Shown here in pieces: positions 1 to 8,316 of a DNA stretch of 32,095 nucleotides; positions within the stretch are counted from its first letter, which is position 1, and every line of letters begins with the position of its first letter. Made by a program: the position numbers and the translations under genes. Below the pieces are notes generated by a model, which ran no database searches, had not been told where the DNA came from, and was given only the letters and a program-made list of their open reading frames with translations. This DNA comes from Candidatus Pacearchaeota archaeon (GTDB lineage: Archaea; Nanobdellota; Nanobdellia; Pacearchaeales; GW2011-AR1), in assembly GCA_023140635.1 (NCBI GenBank), contig JAGLLG010000007.1:1-32095 (forward strand), in the 5' to 3' direction.

Positions 1-1
1 C

Positions 2-511
2 GATTCGTTTTGCTCCTTCAACTGTAAAAGGCAACGTTACAACACCAATTACCAAAGAACCTTGTTTCTTTGCTATTTCAGCCACGACAGGTGCTGCACC
101 AGTCCCAGTCCCCCCACCAAGTCCACAAGTAACAAAAATCAAGTCAGAGTTCGCTAGTTTTTTCTTAATCTCCTGTTGTTGTTCTTTCGCAGCCTCTGCA
201 CCGATCCGAGGGTTCGAACCTGCACCAAGACCTTTAGAAAGTTCTCGCCCAATTAAGACTTTTTGATCAGCATTAGCATAAAGAAGATCTTGCGCATCAG
301 TATTTATTGCAATAATCTCCCCACCTTTGATTCCGATTTCTCTCATTCGAGAGACTGTGTTTCCACCAGCTCCACCAACACCGATAACCTTAATTCTCGC
401 AGACTGCCTCTTCAAAATCTCCTCTAATTCTTGATCTATTTCCAGATTTCCCCTTCCTGGAGGAATAGGATAAATTTCTGAGACATCCCCCTCTTTTAAT
501 ATATCTTCCAT
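2..511 (-). CDS. ftsZ: Cell division protein FtsZ, 5' part (runs off the window's left edge)
   Basis: Manual translation from ATG at 511 gives MEDILKEGDVSEIYP...IKVIGVGGAGGN...AINTDAQDL...GLGGGTGTGAAP, with the tubulin/FtsZ signature GGGTGTG. Not in the ORF track. Confidence 0.96.
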   Translation of the reverse strand, partial: MEDILKEGDVSEIYPIPPGRGNLEIDQELEEILKRQSARIKVIGVGGAGGNTVSRMREIGIKGGEIIAINTDAQDLLYANADQKVLIGRELSKGLGAGSNPRIGAEAAKEQQQEIKKKLANSDLIFVTCGLGGGTGTGAAPVVAEIAKKQGSLVIGVVTLPFTVEGAKRI

Positions 512-665
512 GATTAAATTTGGTCATGAGAGTTTTTAAGGATTTAGAGCATTTAGTAGATATAATCTATGTTTATCAAAATTGAAATCTACCTGCTCGA
601 TATTTTTTTAGGAAAGATTTATAAATTTTTACTCAATCAAAGTAGAGGAATAATTAAATATAAAA

Positions 666-1208
666 ATGGAAGAAATATTCTCAAAATGGTCTTCACTTGA
701 AGAGAGACTAGATGTTAAGAGAAAAGAGAAGGACAATATTCCTCCAATTATAAAAGAACAGCGTTTAATTAGTATGATTAAATCAGTATTCAAATACCCA
801 AAAGAGGCTGGGATATTTATTGATATTGTAACTGCAGAAAAAGAGATTAACAAGCAACTTGAATATCTTGGTAATCAGTATATTGAGCGTCTTGAGTTCT
901 TTCCTGGAAGCAAAGAAAGCTATGAGCAACGGATGGAGTACAAAGTTGAGTTTGTTAAGGATCTTTCAAAAGTAACTAAATCAAGCAAAGATATTGATAA
1001 CTATTGTGCTTTTATCGCAAAGGAAATGCTGATAAACGGTCACTATATTAAAATAGTTGAACCTTCTCTGGACTTGTTAATGTTAAATAAAGTCATTGCT
1101 GTCGTTGATTCAAGAATTACCAGCAATTCATCTGCTAGCGAATCCTGGAGTTCAAGTCATAAAATGGAAGAAAAGTTGGAATATGGTGTACCTGTAAGAA
1201 GAGCTTAA
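666..1208 (+). CDS. Hypothetical protein (180 aa)
   Basis: Long ORF divergent from ftsZ, with TTTATAAA box at 618-625. No recognisable motif. Confidence 0.7.
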   Translation: MEEIFSKWSSLEERLDVKRKEKDNIPPIIKEQRLISMIKSVFKYPKEAGIFIDIVTAEKEINKQLEYLGNQYIERLEFFPGSKESYEQRMEYKVEFVKDLSKVTKSSKDIDNYCAFIAKEMLINGHYIKIVEPSLDLLMLNKVIAVVDSRITSNSSASESWSSSHKMEEKLEYGVPVRRA

Positions 1209-1304
1209 GAAGAATTTTTTGAAACAACGCTTTCCTCGATAGAAGCCAATCTGACCACAGTCTTATAATAAAATCTATAAGATTTTCCCATAACAATAGT
1301 TCTA

Positions 1305-1964
1305 TTAGTCATCCCTTTCTTTTTCCTTCCCCTCAACAACCTCAGCCTCAACCTTCAACCCAAGAATCTCCTCGAATTTCGGTGCAAACATTTTCACAAA
1401 CGGCTCCATCTGTTTCTCAACCTTAAACGTAACAACCTCACCCTTCACATCAAACTCAAACTTCCTTCTAAACAAAAATTCCTGCAACGCATCAACCTTC
1501 TCTTTCTCGTCAGTCACAATTTTCCCAATCTTATACTTATAAGTTACTTTCTTTCCTGCAAGAGGATTATTAAAATCAACCAAAGTCCGGCCCCTGTCAC
1601 TTGACAAAATCCTAACCAGTTGCCCGTCGAGTGAAAGTTGCATACCTCGTTGCGGGTCAATCTTTTGCTCATGAAATAGTTTCGTCGGAATCATCCGAAC
1701 CATCTGAGGATTCCGTTTCCCAAAAGCATCCTCAGGCTGAAGGTCTATAGTATAAGACTTACCAGCCTCTTTCCCCTCGAGATCTTCATCAAAACCCTTC
1801 GGCAACATCTTATGCCCAACTGAAAGAACAAAAGGTTTCATATTTTTAACATCTAATCCAGCCTTCTCAGCGTCTGCTTTTATGTTTGTATCAAAGATCT
1901 CATTAGTACCACTAATCCCTCCAGTAAACTCAACTTCGATAAAATCATTTTTCTTAACTGCCAT
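1305..1964 (-). CDS. slyD: FKBP-type peptidyl-prolyl cis-trans isomerase (archaeal long SlyD type)
   Basis: Motifs FIEVEFTG..IFDT, PEDAFGKR and VDFNNPLAGK, plus a C-terminal extension typical of archaeal long FKBPs. Confidence 0.92.
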   Translation of the reverse strand: MAVKKNDFIEVEFTGGISGTNEIFDTNIKADAEKAGLDVKNMKPFVLSVGHKMLPKGFDEDLEGKEAGKSYTIDLQPEDAFGKRNPQMVRMIPTKLFHEQKIDPQRGMQLSLDGQLVRILSSDRGRTLVDFNNPLAGKKVTYKYKIGKIVTDEKEKVDALQEFLFRRKFEFDVKGEVVTFKVEKQMEPFVKMFAPKFEEILGLKVEAEVVEGKEKERDD

Positions 1965-2015
1965 ATTGGTTTGGAGAAATAGAGGTTTTTAAGTTTTAGG
2001 GAATTAATCAAAAAC

Positions 2016-2071
2016 CAAAGTTTTTACCCAGTAGGTAACTCTGACGAGTTAAATTTATTGTGCAAAGTTTT
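2016..2071. repeat. 9-bp direct repeat CAAAGTTTT (2016-2024 / 2063-2071) enclosing two small hairpins
   Basis: Seen directly. Internal TTACC/GGTAA (2024-2028 / 2034-2038) and TAACTC-tgac-GAGTTA (2036-2051). Confidence 0.5.
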
Positions 2072-2076
2072 ATAAA
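2069..2076 (+). promoter_or_regulatory. TATA box for eIF5A-rpl40e (probably leaderless)
   Basis: TTTATAAA about 22 nt before ATG 2098. Confidence 0.6.
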
Positions 2077-2097
2077 TGATTTTTTTTTCTGATGAAT

Positions 2098-2487
2098 ATG
2101 GTATCTAAAGTTATTGATGCGACGGAAATGCGTGTAGGCACGTATATTATAATTGACGGAGGGGTCTATCAAGTTAAGAAAATGGACATCTCTAAAACTG
2201 GAAAACACGGACACGCGAAGGTTCGGTTTGAAGCTGTCTCGATTTTATCTGGAAAAAAGAAAGTCCAAGTTGTTCCAGGACATGACCGATTTGAAGTTCC
2301 AATGATTGACAAAAGACAGGGACAAGTTTTATCCGTCAATGGAGAAACCGCGAGCATCATGGATAACGAGAATTTTGAGAACTATGATTTAGTAATTCCA
2401 GAAGATTTGAAAGACTCCGTTACCGACGGTGTGACTGTAGAGTACTGGGATGTCGAAGGCGATAAATTAATCAAGAAGGTGATGTAA
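2098..2487 (+). CDS. eif5a: Translation factor aIF5A (eIF5A)
   Basis: Hypusination motif SKTGKHGHAK. Start 2098 preferred over 2092 from TATA spacing. Confidence 0.97.
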   Translation: MVSKVIDATEMRVGTYIIIDGGVYQVKKMDISKTGKHGHAKVRFEAVSILSGKKKVQVVPGHDRFEVPMIDKRQGQVLSVNGETASIMDNENFENYDLVIPEDLKDSVTDGVTVEYWDVEGDKLIKKVM

Positions 2488-2651
2488 TGGCGGTAAAACT
2501 TCCAGCTGCACAAAACAGATTATACAAAAATGCATTTGTATGTAAGGTTTGTAAACACAAAATGAAACTCGAGTCCTTAAAAATTTTGACAGGGAAGGCG
2601 AGATGTCGAAAATGTGGCGGACGAGATTTCCGACCTGTCAGGAAGAAGTAA
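2487..2651 (+). CDS. rpl40e: 50S ribosomal protein L40e (54 aa, missing from ORF track)
   Basis: MAVKLPAAQNRLYKNAFVCKVCKHKMKLESLKILTGKARCRKCGGRDFRPVRKK, with CxxC...CRKCG zinc ribbon. TAATG overlap with the eIF5A stop. Confidence 0.88.
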   Translation: MAVKLPAAQNRLYKNAFVCKVCKHKMKLESLKILTGKARCRKCGGRDFRPVRKK

Positions 2652-2741
2652 TTACAATCCTCTGGTTTCTATTAAGTATATTAAGATTATCAACACTAAA
2701 ACTGGCATTACCTATATAAACCTTCGAAATGATATTTTAAC

Positions 2742-4184
2742 ATGGTGAGTTTTTGGGTTTACGACGTCGGGTTTATGATTTTATTCAGTGTATTCGTAGC
2801 TTGGTTTCTTTCCTCTCGGAAAAAAAGTTTGAGTCGCGAAGGGATTATCTTTATGTATCGAACAAAATTTGGAATGAATGCAATAAAATATGTCGGAGAT
2901 AATTTCAAAGGTGTGTTGCATAAATTAAAATATGTTGTTGTTGCCGTCGGTGTTGCATTGATGAGTATAATGATTTGGATGTTAGGAAAAACACTTTTAA
3001 TTTATATTATGAATCCAGAGATCACAGAAACGATTAAAGCTCCTCCAATTGCCCCCCTAATTCCTTATTTCCCGAAGCTGTTTGGAATGGAGAATTTGTT
3101 CCCACCATTTTACTTTACTTATTTTATTTTAGCCTTGGCGATTGTTGCGATTGTCCACGAATTTTCCCACGGAGTTTTTATGAGATTATTTAAAATTAAA
3201 ATTAAGTCTACAGGTTTAGTTTTTCTCGGTCCAATTTTAGGAGCGTTTGTCGAGGAGGAGAAAAAAGGATTTGAAAAAAAGAAAACATTAGAGCAGATGA
3301 CAGTTTTGGGAGCAGGAGTTTTCGCGAACCTAATTTTCGCTTTAATATTCTACGGACTTTATGTTTTGTTTTTCTTCTCGTCGTTTGCCGCATCAGGATA
3401 CGTGTTTAATACTTATGCAGCTCAAGAAGTTCCAATTGATTTAATCGATACAATTGGAAGAGACATAGGACCCACGACGGTATTTTTTAATGAAGGATCC
3501 TTAAAGATGAACATTACTATGAATCTTACCGGGGCAAAAGTGGGGGGGGGAGATTATTTTATGAGTACAAAAATAAAGGAACTTCTTTTGAAAGGTGTAG
3601 AAATTAATAACTACACTACAGTTTTATTTGTTAAATCTCCAGCAATCTTAGCGCAGATGCGCGGAGCAATCGTTCAAGCAGATGACGTAAAGATCATGAA
3701 TCAAGATGATTTAATAAAGTTCTTACAAAGTAAGGAACCCGGCGACGAGGTTAAATTTGTAACAGAAAACGACGACGGCATCCATGAATATATTTTTAAT
3801 TTGGGCGCCCACCCCCTCGATAGTAGTGTAGCATATTTAGGCGTCGGGAATTCTCAAGTTAAGCCCGAAGAATTTGTTCAGAAAATTTTAATAGGATTCA
3901 TGTCCTTCAAAGATCCTTCTACATTGTATAAACCGACATGGGACGGGGAGTTTGTTTACTTTATCTACCATTTACTTTGGTGGATTATGGTTATTAACTT
4001 ACTTGTAGCATTGTTCAACATGATGCCTCTTGGAATGCTCGACGGTGGAAGATTCTTTTATCTTACAATCTTATCAATCACTCGTTCAGAAAAAATTGCA
4101 AAACAAGCGTTTAAATTTGCAACGTATGCAATCTTATTTGTGTTCTTATTATTGATGTTCTTTTGGTTCATTAGGATAATTTAA
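2742..4184 (+). CDS. Site-2 (M50 family) intramembrane metalloprotease with PDZ-like insertion
   Basis: HEFSH zinc motif, GAFVE, NMMPLGMLDGG (NxxPxxxLDG) and multiple TM segments. Confidence 0.93.
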   Translation: MVSFWVYDVGFMILFSVFVAWFLSSRKKSLSREGIIFMYRTKFGMNAIKYVGDNFKGVLHKLKYVVVAVGVALMSIMIWMLGKTLLIYIMNPEITETIKAPPIAPLIPYFPKLFGMENLFPPFYFTYFILALAIVAIVHEFSHGVFMRLFKIKIKSTGLVFLGPILGAFVEEEKKGFEKKKTLEQMTVLGAGVFANLIFALIFYGLYVLFFFSSFAASGYVFNTYAAQEVPIDLIDTIGRDIGPTTVFFNEGSLKMNITMNLTGAKVGGGDYFMSTKIKELLLKGVEINNYTTVLFVKSPAILAQMRGAIVQADDVKIMNQDDLIKFLQSKEPGDEVKFVTENDDGIHEYIFNLGAHPLDSSVAYLGVGNSQVKPEEFVQKILIGFMSFKDPSTLYKPTWDGEFVYFIYHLLWWIMVINLLVALFNMMPLGMLDGGRFFYLTILSITRSEKIAKQAFKFATYAILFVFLLLMFFWFIRII

Positions 4185-4268
4185 TAAAATATTTAAAGGG
4201 AGTTATCGTTAATAAATCGGGATGTTTAGTTCAACGGATCCCTAACTAAATAAACTGAGGTGAAAAAC

Positions 4269-4448
4269 ATGGCTTTACCAAAAACTCCAAAACAGTGCGA
4301 CATTAAGATTAAGTCTCTTAAGAAACAAGTAACTGTAATGGAAAAAAGAAGGAAGACTCTTGCTACTGTTAAAAAAAAGGTTAAGAAAAAAGTAGTAAAG
4401 AAGAAACCTGTTAAAAAAAAGGTTACTCGAAAGAAAAAGAGAAGGTAA
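4269..4448 (+). CDS. Small, extremely Lys-rich basic protein (59 aa)
   Basis: ATG 4269 preceded by SD-like GAGGTGA (4257-4263) and followed by a T-rich terminator-like tract. Tail KKKVKKKVVKKKPVKKKVTRKKKRR. Confidence 0.75.
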   Translation: MALPKTPKQCDIKIKSLKKQVTVMEKRRKTLATVKKKVKKKVVKKKPVKKKVTRKKKRR

Positions 4449-4458
4449 ACAACCAACA

Positions 4459-4477
4459 TTTTATTTTTATTTTTTTT
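4459..4477 (+). terminator. Oligo-T archaeal terminator-like tract
   Basis: Long T-rich run just after the stop of the Lys-rich ORF. Confidence 0.45.
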
Positions 4478-4513
4478 GATTAATTTTATAAATAACTTCT
4501 TTGTTTTTTTATA

Positions 4514-5536
4514 ATGGAGAAGTATAGTATTAGCGAAGCCAAGAGTAAGTTGGCGGAAGAAGGTTATGGTATTGTTGGAGATCATAGTGCCGTAAAGATT
4601 TGCCTTTGGACAAAACACGCTCTTCGAGGAGAAAGTGTGTGTTGGAAGGAAAAATTTTATGGTGTTAGTTCCGCAGGTTGTTGTCAAATGACTCCGAGTT
4701 TATTTCATTGCGAGAACAAATGTCTTCATTGTTGGAGAAATTTAGATTATACCTCAGATAAAAAAATAAAAGATGCCGACAGCCCAAAAGAAATTCTCAA
4801 CGGAATTGTTGAAGCAAGGAAAAATTTGTTGATGGGCTTTAAAGGTCGGAAGGGAATTGATTTAAAGAAGTTCGAGGAAGCACTTGAGCCAAAGTTGTAT
4901 ACTATGAGCTTATCGGGAGAGCCGACGCTGTATCCTCGATTAGGAGAAATGTTTAAAGAAATTCGAAGACGACAAGCAGTTTCGTTTCTAGTCACGAACG
5001 GTCTAAACCCGGAAGTAATCGCAGAGTTTAAAGACGACGAACTGCCAACACAAATTACAGTTTCGACGAATGCTCCAAACGAAAAACTGTTTAAAATTTG
5101 GCATCGGTCGACGAAGAAAGATGCTTGGGAAGAATTTAATGAGACTTTGGAAGTGATTAGAAATTTGAAAGGAAAGGTTCGGAGAGTGATTCGATTGACT
5201 TTAGTTAAAATTGGAAAAGATGGAGAATTCAATAAAACAACTAACATGTCCGACGAGAATGTTGAGGAATATTGTGATTTGATTAGAAAGGCAGAGCCGG
5301 ATTTTATTCATGTTAAAGGATTCAAAAGCGTAGGTTATGCTCGAGCTCGAATGGGTTATGATAACCAACCCTGGTTTGAAGAAGTTAAAGAGTATGCTGA
5401 GAAAATTAGGAAAGGTTTATCCTCGAAGGATGACTCTGGTGACCCTGAAGGATATGAAATTGTGGGAGAAGACGAGAGAAGTTGTGTTGTGATGTTGGCG
5501 AAAGAAGGGGGTGAGTTGAGGATTAGAAGAGTCTAA
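4514..5536 (+). CDS. taw1: tRNA 4-demethylwyosine synthase (radical SAM, Tyw1/Taw1)
   Basis: HSAVKICLWTK, CWKEKFYG, CENKCLHCWR (CxxxCxxC), SLSGEPTLYP and FIHVKGFKSVGYAR. Confidence 0.95.
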   Translation: MEKYSISEAKSKLAEEGYGIVGDHSAVKICLWTKHALRGESVCWKEKFYGVSSAGCCQMTPSLFHCENKCLHCWRNLDYTSDKKIKDADSPKEILNGIVEARKNLLMGFKGRKGIDLKKFEEALEPKLYTMSLSGEPTLYPRLGEMFKEIRRRQAVSFLVTNGLNPEVIAEFKDDELPTQITVSTNAPNEKLFKIWHRSTKKDAWEEFNETLEVIRNLKGKVRRVIRLTLVKIGKDGEFNKTTNMSDENVEEYCDLIRKAEPDFIHVKGFKSVGYARARMGYDNQPWFEEVKEYAEKIRKGLSSKDDSGDPEGYEIVGEDERSCVVMLAKEGGELRIRRV

Positions 5537-5544
5537 AAATATTT

Positions 5545-6228
5545 TTAAGCTAAATTATCATTTACAACGATTATTCTTCCATCTGAGTTAGAGCTCGCCA
5601 AATCACCTTGGTCGGATTTAAAGTCACCCTCTGGAAAAACACCCAATCTTGAAAGACCACCTTCTTGTGTACAAAGGGTTCTGTTTCCATTTTCATCAAA
5701 AATTGGAATTCCTTTTTCATTAGTTTTTGAAAATGTCTTTCCATTATATCTATCACTTAGTTCAGGTACTTCGTAGAATCTTGTTTTGTTTGTTGTTTTA
5801 AATTTTAAGCCGTAAATAGAATTTGCGGATTCTTCAAGACTTAAACCATACACAATTACAGGATTCCCTAAAGGAATTTTTTTAATTTGATTCTCTAAAT
5901 CTCTTGCTAAAAAATTATTTGGACTATAATAATCTCTTTTACCTCTTAAAACAACAGCCGGAGCATCAATATGAAATTCATAAATCCAATTCCCATGCTG
6001 TTCTACAATTAATCCTAAATCTGACAAGGTAGCAACCTTAACTCCCTGGTTTTGTAGTTCAATAATCTTAAATATACTAGAAGAAACATTCAAATTCTTT
6101 CTCGCTCTTTCTGAAGAATATTTTTTATTTACAAGTTCCTTATATTTTCCTTCTTCATCCGCAGATAAAAATCTTACAGTAGGCAATTCTAAATTTCTTG
6201 GAATTATTGTTTTATAATTTTGTTCCAT
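5545..6228 (-). CDS. Hypothetical protein. C-terminus resembles CLec-fold DGR target-type proteins.
   Basis: 227-aa ORF ending GLSRLG...DLASSNSDGRIIVV. Family assignment is by pattern recognition only. Confidence 0.65.
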   Translation of the reverse strand: MEQNYKTIIPRNLELPTVRFLSADEEGKYKELVNKKYSSERARKNLNVSSSIFKIIELQNQGVKVATLSDLGLIVEQHGNWIYEFHIDAPAVVLRGKRDYYSPNNFLARDLENQIKKIPLGNPVIVYGLSLEESANSIYGLKFKTTNKTRFYEVPELSDRYNGKTFSKTNEKGIPIFDENGNRTLCTQEGGLSRLGVFPEGDFKSDQGDLASSNSDGRIIVVNDNLA

Positions 6229-6262
6229 TTTTTAATATAAATTTAATCATTTTACCTAATAC

Positions 6263-6616
6263 TTACAACATCACGATCCCATCCTTAGTCAAAGCCGCAA
6301 ACCTAACACCGACAGGCAAACCCAACAAAGCAGATTGCAACGCCATATGCTCCTTCCCATTCCCAGAAGCTATTGAAAGCGCTACTTCAAGCCCCGCGAA
6401 TTTCCCTTCGAGTTTTTTTCCAAGTTCTTTTTTCAACTGAATCAAAGACTTATTCGAATCGAACTCCACGAAATCAAAAGGAACTCCCTGAACAGTAAAC
6501 TCCCTCGCGAACGAAGTTCCAACAACAATGATTTTTTCCCACTCACCTTTCTGCATCAGACCAGCGACCTGTCCCCAAGTCCCTTTCCCAGTTGATAGTA
6601 ATGCGACGAGTTCCAT
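6263..6616 (-). CDS. Hypothetical alpha/beta protein, possible standalone CARF-like domain
   Basis: 117 aa with LVALLSTG, IIVVGT and VALSIASGNGKEHMAL, which follow a CARF-like strand/loop order. Confidence 0.7.
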   Translation of the reverse strand: MELVALLSTGKGTWGQVAGLMQKGEWEKIIVVGTSFAREFTVQGVPFDFVEFDSNKSLIQLKKELGKKLEGKFAGLEVALSIASGNGKEHMALQSALLGLPVGVRFAALTKDGIVML

Positions 6617-6668
6617 AAACTTTTTCAGAGTAATCGATATTTAAGGATTGTTGTGGTGAAAAGTAAGT

Positions 6669-6751
6669 TTTATAAACTAAACTTTCACCTAATTTACACT
6701 ACTGTTAGTAGTAGACGAAAGTCGAAATAAATTCTAACAGTTTTTAGTACC
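6669..6751 (+). promoter_or_regulatory. TATA box and structured 5' leader of the rpl1 operon
   Basis: TTTATAAA at 6669-6676. Stem ACTGTTAG (6701-6708) / CTAACAGT (6734-6741) encloses GAC-GAAA-GTC. Confidence 0.55.
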
Positions 6752-7372
6752 ATGGAAATTAAAAAAGCATTAGCTGAATTACGAAAAGAAAAGAAAAGAA
6801 AGTTTGTACAGACTGTAGACCTAGTTATGAATCTAAAGAATTTCGATGTTAGAAAAGAAGCATTGAATACTTTTGTTTCTGTTCCACATCCTAGCGAGAA
6901 AAAATTAGCAGCGTTTCTAACAAAAAAGTCAAAATTAATTGATACAATTACCGAGGACGACTTTGTTAAATACAAAGAAATGAAAGACATTAAAAAACTC
7001 GCAAAGAAATATGACGCTTTTATCGCAGTTGCTCCTATGATGGGAAAGATTGCTACTAAGTTCGGTCGAGTTTTTGGTCCAATGAATCGAATGCCAAGTC
7101 CTCAAGCGGGAATCATTCCTCAAGAAAAAGATGAGATGATCAACGCAATGATCGAGAAGATGAAAAAATCTATCCGAGTTAAGAATAAAGAGATGGCCAT
7201 TAAGTTAGCTGTTGGAAAAGAAGACATGGATGATGGAGAATTGGAAGAAAATATCACTACAGTCATCAAGGCACTTGAGAAGGTTCTTCCGAGAGGTAGG
7301 GATAATGTTAAAGAAGTTTTGATTAAGTTCACTATGACTAAACCTATAACAATTGTGGAGGCAAAAAGATAA
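6752..7372 (+). CDS. rpl1: 50S ribosomal protein L1
   Basis: KRKFVQTVDL, GRVFGPMNRMP and IKFTMTKP. Confidence 0.96.
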   Translation: MEIKKALAELRKEKKRKFVQTVDLVMNLKNFDVRKEALNTFVSVPHPSEKKLAAFLTKKSKLIDTITEDDFVKYKEMKDIKKLAKKYDAFIAVAPMMGKIATKFGRVFGPMNRMPSPQAGIIPQEKDEMINAMIEKMKKSIRVKNKEMAIKLAVGKEDMDDGELEENITTVIKALEKVLPRGRDNVKEVLIKFTMTKPITIVEAKR

Positions 7373-8250
7373 TGGTAGCTCAGCAAGAAACTCACGTATC
7401 GGAAGCAAAGAAACAGAAAGTCAAAGAATTGGCTGCGCAGATGAAGAGAAAAACTGTCATGATTATTTCAATTAAGAGTTTGCCATCGGCACAGTTCCAA
7501 GATATTAAAAAGAAATTGAGAAGTAAAGCAAAAATTCAAGTTGCTAAGAAGAGTTTAGTGGATTTTGCACTTGATCATTGCGGGATAAAAGAACTTCATG
7601 GATTAGTCCCGTATGTTGACGACTCGACTGCTTTGTTGTTCTCCGACGCTGACGCATTCGAAATTTCAGGAATTCTTGCGGACGAGAAAAGTCCAGCAAA
7701 AGCGAAGGCTGGACAGATTGCTCCAAACGATATTGAAGTTAAAGCAGGACCTACAGAATTGATTCCAGGCCCGGATATTTCTGCATTGAGTGCTGTAGGA
7801 TTGATACCTAAAGTTGAGAATGGTAAGATTGCTGTTATGCAAGATAAAGTTATTGCTAAAGAGGGTGACGAAATAACTGAAGCTCTTGCTTCAATTATGG
7901 GAAAGTTGGACATCATTCCTTTCGAAGTAGGCGTTGAACCCGTCGCTGCTTATATGGGTGGAAAGGTTTATGCAGATATTAAAGTTGATAAAGTTGACGC
8001 CTTAGCTAGATTAGAAGAGAGTTTTGGACGTGCAATTGCATTTTCTGTTGAGTTAGGAATTATGAATGATTCTACTGTAGATTTTATCTTGGCTAAAGCA
8101 AATGCTCATGAAGGTGTTGTAACTAGAATCATAACTGGAGAGCCAGAGCCAGTTGCAGCAGTTGTTGAAGAAGCACCTGTAGCGGTGGAAGAAACTAAAA
8201 CGGAGGAACCTAAGCAAGAGTCTGCAGCAGGACTTGCTAGTTTGTTCTAA
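7372..8250 (+). CDS. rpl10: 50S ribosomal protein L10 (P0)
   Basis: AKAGQIAPNDIEVKAGPT...PGP and acidic tail ending AGLASLF. Confidence 0.96.
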   Translation: MVAQQETHVSEAKKQKVKELAAQMKRKTVMIISIKSLPSAQFQDIKKKLRSKAKIQVAKKSLVDFALDHCGIKELHGLVPYVDDSTALLFSDADAFEISGILADEKSPAKAKAGQIAPNDIEVKAGPTELIPGPDISALSAVGLIPKVENGKIAVMQDKVIAKEGDEITEALASIMGKLDIIPFEVGVEPVAAYMGGKVYADIKVDKVDALARLEESFGRAIAFSVELGIMNDSTVDFILAKANAHEGVVTRIITGEPEPVAAVVEEAPVAVEETKTEEPKQESAAGLASLF

Positions 8251-8316
8251 TAATGGAAATGAAATTTAATACTCAATTAACTAAATCACAAGATAAGGTT
8301 AGTTTAGAATAAAAAA

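Noticed and set aside
1261..1306. Hairpins AAAATCT-ATA-AGATTTT and AATAG/CTATT between convergent genes
   Set aside because: No flanking gene-end duplication was found. An AT-rich terminator or chance explains them.
4219..4260. preQ1-I or fluoride riboswitch
   Set aside because: The topology is loosely similar, but the conserved ligand-binding nucleotides are not recognisable and the gene context does not fit.
6701..6730. Hammerhead ribozyme-like GAC-GAAA-GTC-GAAA
   Set aside because: The required CUGANGA core is absent.
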